Shown: piece after piece, positions 1-8,665 of the stretch
How the letters are laid out: each line of letters starts with the position of its first letter
Position numbering within the stretch: the first letter of the stretch is position 1
Origin: an uncultured Polaribacter sp.
GTDB lineage: Bacteria > Bacteroidota > Bacteroidia > Flavobacteriales > Flavobacteriaceae
Reading direction: 5' to 3'
Assembly: GCA_965233795.1 (NCBI GenBank)
Contig: OZ247578.1
Coordinates: 313,878-377,877 of the forward strand
Length of the DNA stretch: 64,000 nt
Notes under the pieces: model-generated
Seen by the model: only the letters and a program-made list of their open reading frames with translations
Database searches by the model: none
What the model was told of the DNA's origin: nothing
Position numbers and translations under genes: made by a program

Positions 1-1
1 A

Positions 2-304
2 TATAAATTAACTAATTCAAATGATTTATTCTTTAAAGATTTTGGATTCAAAGATCAGATAAGAAGAGCTTCTGTTTCAATTTCATCAAATATTGCAGAA
101 GGGTTTGAAAGACAAACAACAAAAGAGTTTATTCGATTTTTATACATTGCTAAAGCATCAGCAGGCGAAGTTCGTTCTCAGTTATATTTAGCTTTCGATA
201 TAAAATATGTAAATAAAAACGAGTTTGAAGAATTAAAGTTAAAAACAAATGAAGTTTCAAAATTAATAAGTGGTTTAATAAAATATTTAAACACAACTTT
301 ATAA
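2..304 (+). CDS. Four-helix-bundle protein (23S rRNA intervening-sequence protein family), 5'-truncated by the window edge
   Basis: The open frame from the window start reads ...[44 protein letters not shown]...LIKYLNTTL and stops with TAA at 302-304. The SNIAEG...A.GS..E motif pattern is typical of this small-protein family. Confidence 0.7.
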   Translation, partial: YKLTNSNDLFFKDFGFKDQIRRASVSISSNIAEGFERQTTKEFIRFLYIAKASAGEVRSQLYLAFDIKYVNKNEFEELKLKTNEVSKLISGLIKYLNTTL

Positions 305-339
305 ACTTTTAACTTTCAAACTTTACAACTAATTAACTT

Positions 340-1788
340 ATGAGTAAGTACACCGAAGACGATTTAAGAGAAGAACTAAAAACCAAAGAGTACGAGTATG
401 GTTTTTATACAGATATAGAAAGTGAAACTTTTGCAAAAGGACTCAACGAAGAGGTGGTAATTGCGATTTCTAAAAAGAAAAACGAGCCACAATGGATGAC
501 CGATTGGCGTTTGGAAGCTTTTCGTGTGTGGGAGAAAATGGAAGAACCCGAATGGGCAAACGTACAGTATGAAAAGCCAAAATTTCAAGAAATTGCTTAT
601 TACTCTGCACCTAAAGAAAAGCCAAAATTAAATAGCTTAGACGAAGTAGATCCAGAATTATTAGACACTTTTAAACGTTTGGGAATCTCTTTAGATGAAC
701 AAAAAAAATTAGCCAATGTTGCTGTAGATATTGTGATGGATTCTGTATCAGTAGCTACTACTTTTAAAGAAACATTAGCAGAAAAGGGCATCATTTTTAT
801 GCCTATTTCAGAAGCCATTCAAGAACATCCAGAATTGGTGAAGAAATATTTAGGAACGGTAGTACCAACCACCGATAATTTTTATGCGGCGTTAAATTCA
901 GCTGTTTTCTCTGACGGATCGTTCTGTTACATTCCAAAAGGTGTAAAATGCCCGATGGAATTATCTACTTATTTTAGAATTAACGAAGGCGGAACAGGTC
1001 AGTTTGAAAGAACTTTGGTTGTTGCAGACAAAGGAAGTTACGTTTCTTATTTAGAAGGGTGTACAGCTCCAAGTAGAGATGAAAATCAGTTGCACGCTGC
1101 CGTAGTAGAACTTATTGCTTTAGACGATGCAGAAATTAAATACTCTACTGTACAAAACTGGTTTCCTGGAAATGCAGAAGGAAAAGGAGGCGTTTATAAC
1201 TTTGTAACCAAAAGAGGTTTGTGTGAAACGAATGCAAAAATTTCTTGGACACAAGTAGAAACAGGTTCTGCAGTAACGTGGAAATACCCAAGTTGTATTT
1301 TAAAAGGGAACAATTCTGTAGGAGAATTTTATTCGATTGCTGTAACAAATAATTTTCAGCAAGCCGATACGGGAACCAAGATGATTCACTTAGGAAAGAA
1401 TACCAAATCAACGATTATTTCAAAAGGAATTTCTGCAGGAAAATCACAAAACTCATATAGAGGATTGGTTCAAATCAATTCTAGAGCAGAAAATGCCCGT
1501 AATTTTTCGCAATGTGATTCCTTATTAATGGGAAATGAATGTGGTGCACACACTTTTCCATATATCGAAACCAAAAACAAATCTGCACAAATAGAACACG
1601 AAGCTACCACCAGTAAAATTGGAGAAGATCAATTGTTTTATTGCAATCAACGCGGAATTGATACCGAGAAAGCCATTGCATTAATCGTAAACGGATTTAG
1701 CAAAGAAGTATTGAATAAATTACCCATGGAATTTGCCGTAGAAGCACAGAAGTTATTGGAAATTAGTTTGGAAGGTTCGGTAGGTTAA
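340..1788 (+). CDS. sufB: Fe-S cluster assembly protein SufB
   Basis: 482 aa. Full-length SufB-like sequence ([45 protein letters not shown]), followed by sufC/sufD/sufS. Confidence 0.97.
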   Translation: MSKYTEDDLREELKTKEYEYGFYTDIESETFAKGLNEEVVIAISKKKNEPQWMTDWRLEAFRVWEKMEEPEWANVQYEKPKFQEIAYYSAPKEKPKLNSLDEVDPELLDTFKRLGISLDEQKKLANVAVDIVMDSVSVATTFKETLAEKGIIFMPISEAIQEHPELVKKYLGTVVPTTDNFYAALNSAVFSDGSFCYIPKGVKCPMELSTYFRINEGGTGQFERTLVVADKGSYVSYLEGCTAPSRDENQLHAAVVELIALDDAEIKYSTVQNWFPGNAEGKGGVYNFVTKRGLCETNAKISWTQVETGSAVTWKYPSCILKGNNSVGEFYSIAVTNNFQQADTGTKMIHLGKNTKSTIISKGISAGKSQNSYRGLVQINSRAENARNFSQCDSLLMGNECGAHTFPYIETKNKSAQIEHEATTSKIGEDQLFYCNQRGIDTEKAIALIVNGFSKEVLNKLPMEFAVEAQKLLEISLEGSVG

Positions 1789-1803
1789 AAAATAAATCTA
1801 GTT

Positions 1804-1836
1804 AGACCTGTCAGGTTTTAAAAACCTGACAGGTCT
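1804..1836. repeat. Perfect 33-nt palindrome AGACCTGTCAGGTTTTAAAAACCTGACAGGTCT (family C, copy 1)
   Basis: Read directly. A second, near-identical copy lies at 57541-57571. This copy sits between sufB and the inserted MBL gene. Confidence 0.9.
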
Positions 1837-1848
1837 AAAAATTATAAA

Positions 1849-2688
1849 ATGAAAAAAATAGTATTCCTTTTTTGTATCAGCATTACATTGGCAAGCTGTA
1901 AAAAATCAGAAAAAAAAGCTCAATCATCAACAAAAGCCAAAGTAAAACTACACCAATTAGTTGGCGGTTCTATTTTGGTGAATAAACTAGAAGTTTTTTC
2001 TCAAGATACTACGTATACAGGTCAGACCAAGCAATTTACAGATGTGTATTATGTTGTTTCTCATCCCAAAGGAAATCTCATGTGGGATGCAGGTTTGCCA
2101 GAGAGTTTGGTGGTAGAAAAACCGTTTACAGACCCAAGTGGAGTATATACGATTCAAAGACCCGATTCGTTAGTAAATCAATTAAAAACCATTGGTTTTA
2201 AGATTGAAGACTTTACATATATTGCATTATCACATTCGCATTTCGATCATGTTGGGCATGCAAATTATCTAAAAGATGCCACTTGGTTGGTGCAAGAAAA
2301 CGAGTACAATACCGTAGCAGGAGATACGGTAAAAACAAAAAATCCAATGTTAAGTGCCTTAACGAATGTGAAAAAATTAAATGGTGATTACGATGTTTTT
2401 GGCGACGGAACTGTGGTTATCAAATATATGCCAGGACATACCATCGGGCATCAAGTTTTATATGTAAATTTGGGGCTAGAAAACCCCATTTTATTAACGG
2501 GAGATTTGTATCATTTTGAAGAAAATAGAACAAACAAAGGAGTCCCTTCTTTCAATTATAATGTACAACAAACTTTAGAAAGTATGGAAAAATTTGAAGC
2601 CTTTGCCAAAGAGAAAAACGCAGAAGTCATTATTCAGCATTCCCCCATCGCATATAAAAAACTAGAAAAAATATTAAAAAATAAATAA
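1849..2688 (+). CDS. Metallo-beta-lactamase fold lipoprotein, N-acyl-homoserine lactonase (AiiA-type)-like
   Basis: 279 aa. Lipoprotein signal MKKIVFLFCISITLASC. HSHFDH (HxHxDH) zinc motif, with downstream PGHTIGH, TGDLYH and IIQHSP. Confidence 0.72.
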   Translation: MKKIVFLFCISITLASCKKSEKKAQSSTKAKVKLHQLVGGSILVNKLEVFSQDTTYTGQTKQFTDVYYVVSHPKGNLMWDAGLPESLVVEKPFTDPSGVYTIQRPDSLVNQLKTIGFKIEDFTYIALSHSHFDHVGHANYLKDATWLVQENEYNTVAGDTVKTKNPMLSALTNVKKLNGDYDVFGDGTVVIKYMPGHTIGHQVLYVNLGLENPILLTGDLYHFEENRTNKGVPSFNYNVQQTLESMEKFEAFAKEKNAEVIIQHSPIAYKKLEKILKNK

Positions 2689-2694
2689 GTATAT

Positions 2695-2795
2695 AAAGTA
2701 AGAAAGTAAAAAGTTTATAAAGTAAAGATTTGAAAATATATAAAGTGAAAAGGTTGTATTTCAAGAGTTGAACTTTACAACTTTCAACTTTACAA
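2695..2795. repeat. AAAGT array (2695-2746) facing an ACTTT array (2771-2795), forming an imperfect inverted arrangement
   Basis: AAAGT starts at 2695, 2703, 2710, 2719 and 2742. AACTTT starts at 2771, 2779 and 2786, giving 7-9 nt phasing. Confidence 0.6.
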
Positions 2796-2804
2796 ACAAA
2801 TAGA

Positions 2805-3557
2805 ATGATGTTAAAAATAGAAAATTTACACGCCAATATTGAAGATAAAGACATCCTAAAAGGCTTGAATTTACAAATTAATGCAGGAGAAGTACACGCA
2901 ATTATGGGACCTAATGGTGCAGGAAAGAGTACGCTAGCCAATATTGTTGCAGGAAAGGAAGAGTACGAAGTTACCGAAGGAACTATTGAATTAGAAGGTG
3001 AAGATATTAGCGAGTTAGCTCCAGAAGAAAGGGCGCACAATGGTGTTTTTATGTCTTTTCAATATCCTGTAGAAATCCCAGGAGTTACGGTAACTAATTT
3101 TATCAAAACTGCGATTAACGAATCTAGAAAAGCACAAGGTTTAGAAGAAATGCCTGCCAAGGAAATGTTGCAAAAAATTCGTGAAAAATCGGAGTTGTTA
3201 GAAATCGATAGAAAGTTCTTATCACGTTCGTTGAACGAAGGCTTTTCTGGAGGTGAGAAAAAACGAAACGAAATCTTTCAAATGGCAATGTTAGATCCAA
3301 AACTAGCAATCTTAGATGAAACCGATTCTGGATTAGATATTGATGCCTTGCGTATTGTTGCTAATGGTGTAAACAAACTAAAATCGAAAGACAATGCCGT
3401 TGTTGTAATTACACATTACCAGCGTTTGCTAGATTATATTGTTCCAGATTTTGTACATGTATTGTACGATGGAAAAATTGTAAAAACAGGAGATGCATCA
3501 CTAGCTTTAGAATTGGAAGCAAAAGGGTACGATTGGATAAAGCAGGAACTCGTTTAG
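2805..3557 (+). CDS. sufC: Fe-S cluster assembly ATPase SufC
   Basis: 250 aa. Walker A GPNGAGKST, ABC signature FSGGEKKR, Walker B LAILDETDSGLD. Confidence 0.97.
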   Translation: MMLKIENLHANIEDKDILKGLNLQINAGEVHAIMGPNGAGKSTLANIVAGKEEYEVTEGTIELEGEDISELAPEERAHNGVFMSFQYPVEIPGVTVTNFIKTAINESRKAQGLEEMPAKEMLQKIREKSELLEIDRKFLSRSLNEGFSGGEKKRNEIFQMAMLDPKLAILDETDSGLDIDALRIVANGVNKLKSKDNAVVVITHYQRLLDYIVPDFVHVLYDGKIVKTGDASLALELEAKGYDWIKQELV

Positions 3558-3593
3558 TTTAAAAGTATATAAAGTTTAAAAGTGATACTTTTT

Positions 3594-3640
3594 GTCATTC
3601 TTGTTGCCTGTGCTGAACTTGATTCAGTAATACAGGAATC
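3594..3640. repeat. Composite hairpin element: A-type arms (GTCATTC...CCTGT / ACAGGAATC) with a B-type core (GCTGAACTTGATTCAG) in the loop
   Basis: The sequence GTCATTCTTGTTGCCTGTGCTGAACTTGATTCAGTAATACAGGAATC was read directly. Confidence 0.7.
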
Positions 3641-3670
3641 TAAATAATAAGCAAAAAGTAAAAATAATGA

Positions 3671-3695
3671 GATTCCTGCCTTCGCAGGAATGACA
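3671..3695. repeat. Family A hairpin repeat GATTCCTGCCTTCGCAGGAATGACA
   Basis: 8-bp stem ATTCCTGC/GCAGGAAT with loop CTTC. The ATGACA flank (reverse complement of TGTCAT) is at the right end. Confidence 0.88.
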
Positions 3696-3706
3696 GAAAT
3701 AGGAAA

Positions 3707-5020
3707 ATGGAATTAAAAGAAAAACTCGTATCGTCGTATTTGGCGTTTGAAAACAAGGTAAATATTCATTCAGATATTCACGAAATCCGCTCAAAAGCCT
3801 TACAAAATTTTGAAGCTTTAGGATTTCCTACCAAGCAATTAGAGGCATGGAAATATACTTCGTTAAATGCTTTGTTAAAGAATGATTACAGCATTTTCCC
3901 AGATAAGGAAGTTGCAGTAGTTCTTGCCGATGTTAAAAAATATTTTATTCACGATATCGACTCTTATAAAATTGTTTTTATAGATGGGAAATACAGTTCA
4001 TTTTTATCGGAAACTACTCACGACAAGTTTGATGTGTGTTTGATGTCTTCTGCCTTAGAAAAAAGAAAATACAAACCTATTATTGAAAATTACTTTAATA
4101 AAATTGCCAAGCAAGACCATTTAACCTCTTTAAATACAGCTTTTGTAAATGAAGGAGCTTATATCTATATTCCTAGAAATGTAGAGGTAGAAAAACCCAT
4201 TCAAATCATCAATTTTACCACAGGTTCAGAAGCAGCAACCTTGGTACAACCTAGAAATTTAATTGTTGCTGAGCAGAATGCACATGTGCAGATTATTGAA
4301 CGTCATCAAAGTTTGACATCTCACCCTACATTATCCAATGTGGTTACCGAAATTTTTGCCGCAAAAGATGCTACAGTCGATTTTTATAAGATTCAGAATG
4401 ATGCGGTTACGGCTTCTTTGGTAGACAACACCTATGTAGAGCAAAAGTCGAACAGTGTCGTTTCTGTACATACATTCTCATTTGGCGGAAATATCACTAG
4501 AAATAATTTAAATTTTTACCAACGAGGCGAGCATATCGACTCTATTTTAAAAGGAATTACCATTCTTGAAGGCAAGCAACACGTAGACCATCATACCTTG
4601 GTACATCATATAGAACCCAATTGCGAAAGTCACCAAGATTATAAAGGCATCTATGACGAGCGTGCGACCGGTGTTTTTAACGGGAAAGTAATCGTTGAAA
4701 AAGAAGCACAAAAAACCAATGCCTATCAGCAAAATAACAACGTATTGGTAAGCGATAAAGCTACGATGAATGCCAAACCTCAATTAGAGATTTTTGCAGA
4801 CGATGTAAAATGTTCACACGGTTGTACGATTGGACAATTGGACGAGAATGCGTTGTTTTATATGCAACAACGTGGAATTCCACAAAAAGAAGCGAAGGCT
4901 TTGCTCATGTATGCTTTTGCCAATACGGTGTTAGAAAGTGTAAAAATACCCGAGGTAAAAAACAGAATTACCAAACTCATTGCCAATAAACTAAAGGTAA
5001 ATATTGGGTTTGATTTGTAG
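3707..5020 (+). CDS. sufD: Fe-S cluster assembly protein SufD
   Basis: 437 aa. The C-terminal SufB/SufD beta-helix region is recognisable (KPQLEIFADDVKCSHGCTIGQLDENALFYMQQRGI), and the gene follows sufC. Confidence 0.93.
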   Translation: MELKEKLVSSYLAFENKVNIHSDIHEIRSKALQNFEALGFPTKQLEAWKYTSLNALLKNDYSIFPDKEVAVVLADVKKYFIHDIDSYKIVFIDGKYSSFLSETTHDKFDVCLMSSALEKRKYKPIIENYFNKIAKQDHLTSLNTAFVNEGAYIYIPRNVEVEKPIQIINFTTGSEAATLVQPRNLIVAEQNAHVQIIERHQSLTSHPTLSNVVTEIFAAKDATVDFYKIQNDAVTASLVDNTYVEQKSNSVVSVHTFSFGGNITRNNLNFYQRGEHIDSILKGITILEGKQHVDHHTLVHHIEPNCESHQDYKGIYDERATGVFNGKVIVEKEAQKTNAYQQNNNVLVSDKATMNAKPQLEIFADDVKCSHGCTIGQLDENALFYMQQRGIPQKEAKALLMYAFANTVLESVKIPEVKNRITKLIANKLKVNIGFDL

Positions 5021-5042
5021 ATATTTTTTATAAAATTCGGTT

Positions 5043-5075
5043 AACCCCGAAAGGGTTTCAAACCCTTTCGGGGTT
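5043..5075. terminator. Bidirectional-type intrinsic terminator hairpin between convergent sufD and the M20 hydrolase gene
   Basis: AACCCCGAAAGGGTTTCAAACCCTTTCGGGGTT is a perfect palindrome, followed by a T-run on the plus strand. Confidence 0.8.
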
Positions 5076-5083
5076 TTTGTTTA

Positions 5084-6385
5084 TTACTTTTTCCCCAAAT
5101 AATCCAATGCCAAACTACTCAAGGTTTTTACTCCCAAAACAAAACCACTTTCATCGAGCATAAAATCAGGTGTATGATGTCCTGCGGCATCTTCGGGTTT
5201 TACATCCAGAGGTTTTCCTCCTAAAAAGAAATACAATCCGGGTACTTTTTGTTGGAAAAAAGAAAAGTCTTCTGCACCAGTAATGGCATCAATCTCTTTT
5301 ACCTGATTTTTCCCGGCAATACGTTGTAAAGTGGGTAACATGGTAGCGGTTAATTGTGGGTCGTTAAACGTAATCGGATACCCTTTGTCTATTTCTATAC
5401 TTGCCGTAGCTCTATGGGCTTGTGCAATGGCAGGCACCATTTCTTTCATTCTTTTATTAATGAAAGCCTGCATATCGTAATCTAAAGTTCTAATCGTTCC
5501 AACAATACGCGCATTTTCAGGAATAATATTGCTACGAATTCCAGCATTGATCATTCCAACCGTAATTACTGCTCCTTCTTTTGTGAGTTCCGATTCACGA
5601 CTAATAATAGTTTGTAGTCCGTTGATAATTTGTGCTGAAGTAACAATAGGATCTACACCATGCCAAGGTCTAGAACCGTGCGCTTGTTTTCCCAAAACAT
5701 CTATTTGGTAGGATTGGGAAGCTGCCATAATTCCGCCCGATTTATAGCTAATAGTTCCCACATCAAAACCAGCGCTAATATGCAATCCAAAAATAGCATC
5801 TACATCGGGGTTGGTTAAAACACCCTCTTTTACCATCAATTCAGCACCGCCTTCTTCACCTTTAGGTGCGCCTTCCTCAGCAGGTTGAAAAATAAATTTT
5901 ACCGTGCCTTTTATTTTGTGTTTCATTTTAGAAAGCACTTCCGCAACACCCATTAAAATAGCCACGTGAGAATCGTGTCCGCAAGCATGCATCACGCCTG
6001 TTTCTTTTCCGTTATAGGTAGCCGTTACGTTAGATTTAAAAGGCAAATCATTTCGCTCTGTTACAGGCAACGCATCCATATCGGCTCTTAGTGCTACTAC
6101 TTTTCCGGGCTTTTTTCCTTTTAAAATCCCTACAACTCCTGTAAAGGCAACACCTGTTTGTACTTCAATCCCCAAACTTTTTAAATGTGCTGCAATGTAC
6201 TTTGCAGTTTCAAATTCGCGATTAGAAAGTTCAGGATTTTGATGAAGATGTCTCCGCCATTCAATAACTTTAGGTTCTACTTCGCTAGATAGTTGGTTGA
6301 TTTTTGCATCGTTTTTTTGAGAGAATCCCGTAAAAACTGCTAGGAATAAAAGTGTAAAGAGGGTAGTTGCCTTCATAAAATACAT
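5084..6385 (-). CDS. M20-family amidohydrolase (aminoacylase / hippurate hydrolase-like), exported
   Basis: 433 aa. Signal peptide; MHACGHDSH metal-binding motif; FQPAEEG. The start may instead be the second Met, at 6376. Confidence 0.88.
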   Translation of the reverse strand: MYFMKATTLFTLLFLAVFTGFSQKNDAKINQLSSEVEPKVIEWRRHLHQNPELSNREFETAKYIAAHLKSLGIEVQTGVAFTGVVGILKGKKPGKVVALRADMDALPVTERNDLPFKSNVTATYNGKETGVMHACGHDSHVAILMGVAEVLSKMKHKIKGTVKFIFQPAEEGAPKGEEGGAELMVKEGVLTNPDVDAIFGLHISAGFDVGTISYKSGGIMAASQSYQIDVLGKQAHGSRPWHGVDPIVTSAQIINGLQTIISRESELTKEGAVITVGMINAGIRSNIIPENARIVGTIRTLDYDMQAFINKRMKEMVPAIAQAHRATASIEIDKGYPITFNDPQLTATMLPTLQRIAGKNQVKEIDAITGAEDFSFFQQKVPGLYFFLGGKPLDVKPEDAAGHHTPDFMLDESGFVLGVKTLSSLALDYLGKK

Positions 6386-6473
6386 AAAGTTTGGTTAGTT
6401 ATATGCCAAATATACCAATTTTATCATGTCTTTTAATTTACATCTACTACCTTTGTAATTTAAGCATAGAATC

Positions 6474-7688
6474 ATGTTTCCTGTAGAAAAAATTAGAGCA
6501 GACTTTCCTATTTTACAACGTACTGTAAACGGAAAACCGTTGGTGTATTTAGACAATGCGGCTACTTCGCAAACACCGCAAGTTGTTATGGATGCCATTG
6601 TAGATTATTACAGTAGTTACAATGCCAATATTCATAGAGGTGTGCATACTTTAAGTCAGGAAGCCACCGATAAATACGAAGAAGCTCGAATTAAAATTCA
6701 GCAACATTTTAACGCTGAGAAGGCTCACGAAATTATTTTTACTGCTGGAACTACACACAGTATTAATATTGTTGCTTCGGGATTTTCACAGCTTTTACAA
6801 AAAGGAGACGAAGTAATTATTTCTGCATTAGAGCATCATTCTAATATTGTGCCTTGGCAAATGTTGTGCGAAAAAACAGGTGCTATTTTAAAAGTGATTC
6901 CTATGAATGAAGAGGGCACTTTACAAATGGATGTGTATTACAGTTTGTTAAATAAAAAGACAAAGTTGGTATTTTGTAATCATATTTCGAACGCTTTAGG
7001 AACGATAAACCCTATTGAAGAAATGATTGATGCGGCGCATAAAGTACAGGCAGCAGTCTTAATTGATGGCGCACAAGCATGTCCGCACATACAACCCGAT
7101 GTACAAGCTTTGGATGTTGATTTTTACGTAGCTTCTGCGCATAAAATATGTGGGCCAACGGGCGTTGGAATCTTATACGGAAAAGAAATATGGTTAGAAA
7201 AATTACCGCCCTATCAAGGCGGTGGTGAAATGATAGATACCGTGACGTTTGAAAAAACAACCTATGCAGGTTTGCCTCATAAATTTGAAGCAGGAACACC
7301 TAATATTTGTGGTGGAATTGCTTTTGGGGTTGCTTTAGATTATATGCATGCGATAGGTTTCGACCAAATTTCTGCCTATGAAAATGAATTGCTAGATTAC
7401 GCAACACAAGAATTATTAAAAATAGACGGATTAAAGATTTACGGAACTTCAGAAAAGAAAACTTCGGTAATTTCTTTTAATATAGAAGGCATTCATCCGT
7501 ATGATATAGGAACTATTTTAGACAAACTAGGCGTTGCAGTAAGAACAGGACATCATTGTGCACAACCCATTATGGATTTTTATAAAATACCTGGAACCGT
7601 ACGGGCTTCTTTTGCTTTTTACAATACCAAAGAGGAGATTGATGTATTGGTAGCGGCAGTTGAAAAGGCGAAAATGATGTTGACGTAG
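6474..7688 (+). CDS. sufS: Cysteine desulfurase SufS (class V aminotransferase)
   Basis: 404 aa. PLP lysine context SAHKICGPTG and catalytic Cys loop RTGHHCAQP. Confidence 0.95.
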   Translation: MFPVEKIRADFPILQRTVNGKPLVYLDNAATSQTPQVVMDAIVDYYSSYNANIHRGVHTLSQEATDKYEEARIKIQQHFNAEKAHEIIFTAGTTHSINIVASGFSQLLQKGDEVIISALEHHSNIVPWQMLCEKTGAILKVIPMNEEGTLQMDVYYSLLNKKTKLVFCNHISNALGTINPIEEMIDAAHKVQAAVLIDGAQACPHIQPDVQALDVDFYVASAHKICGPTGVGILYGKEIWLEKLPPYQGGGEMIDTVTFEKTTYAGLPHKFEAGTPNICGGIAFGVALDYMHAIGFDQISAYENELLDYATQELLKIDGLKIYGTSEKKTSVISFNIEGIHPYDIGTILDKLGVAVRTGHHCAQPIMDFYKIPGTVRASFAFYNTKEEIDVLVAAVEKAKMMLT

Positions 7689-7858
7689 TCAAAATTATCA
7701 TTATATATTGGCTATGTTTAGATTCCGAAATAGATTCCAGTTTATATTTTTTATAAAAGATACCAGATACGAACATAGTTCCACATAGCCTATGTTTTCT
7801 ATGTTCCTATGTGGTTAAAAAAATAGATTCTTCGTTTGCTTCAGAATAAAAAATACAC

Positions 7859-8611
7859 TTACTTTTTATCAATAATCGTAGCACTCGCTTGTGCTGTTGG
7901 AAAAACTACTAAATCTTCAATATTTACATGATAAGGTCTTGTAATTACAAAATGAATGATATCGGCAATATCTTCGGCAAGTAGAGGTTGGTATCCTTGA
8001 TAAGGAATTTTTGATTTCTCCTCATCTCCTTTAAATCTAACTTCTGAAAAAGCAGTATGTACCATTCCCGGGTGAATTCCAGCAACGCGAACTCCATGCT
8101 TATTCATATCCATTCGCATGGCTTTATTCAATGCATTTACAGCCGATTTTGTGGCACAATACACATTTCCATTCGGATAGACTTCTTTACCAGCAGTAGA
8201 GCCAATATTTACAATAAAGCCGCTATTTCTTGCAACCATTTGCGGAATAATCGCTTTAGAAACATAGAGCAATCCTTTTATATTGCTATCAATCATGGCA
8301 TCCCAGTCGTCTAAACTTCCATTTTGAATGGGGTCTAAACCGTGTGCATTTCCCGCATTATTAATGAGAATATCAATGTGTTGAAAGTCTTTTGGTAGGC
8401 TGTCAATTGCTTTTTGAACCTCCTCTCTTTTTCCTACATCAAAAGTTAAAATAGTTACTTCTACCAAAGAACTTAATGCTGCTTGAAGCGCTTTTAATTT
8501 TGCTGTTTTTCTTCCACAAAGAATCAATCGAATACCATTCTTTGCAAATAGTTTTGCGGTGGCTTCTCCAATTCCTGATGTTGCGCCTGTGATGAATGCG
8601 GTAGTTTTCAT
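7859..8611 (-). CDS. SDR-family NAD(P)-dependent oxidoreductase (YdfG-like)
   Basis: 250 aa. TGATSGIGEA glycine-rich motif, NNAG, YCATK (YxxxK). Confidence 0.88.
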   Translation of the reverse strand: MKTTAFITGATSGIGEATAKLFAKNGIRLILCGRKTAKLKALQAALSSLVEVTILTFDVGKREEVQKAIDSLPKDFQHIDILINNAGNAHGLDPIQNGSLDDWDAMIDSNIKGLLYVSKAIIPQMVARNSGFIVNIGSTAGKEVYPNGNVYCATKSAVNALNKAMRMDMNKHGVRVAGIHPGMVHTAFSEVRFKGDEEKSKIPYQGYQPLLAEDIADIIHFVITRPYHVNIEDLVVFPTAQASATIIDKK

Positions 8612-8632
8612 TGTTTGTGTTTGGGTTAGAGA

Positions 8633-8657
8633 GATCCTGAAACAAGTTCAGGATGAC
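8633..8657. repeat. Family B hairpin repeat GATCCTGAAACAAGTTCAGGATGAC
   Basis: Stem ATCCTGAA/TTCAGGAT. The GTCAT flank is at the right end (reverse orientation). Lies between the SDR gene and bioB. Confidence 0.88.
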
Positions 8658-8665
8658 GTTGGTTT

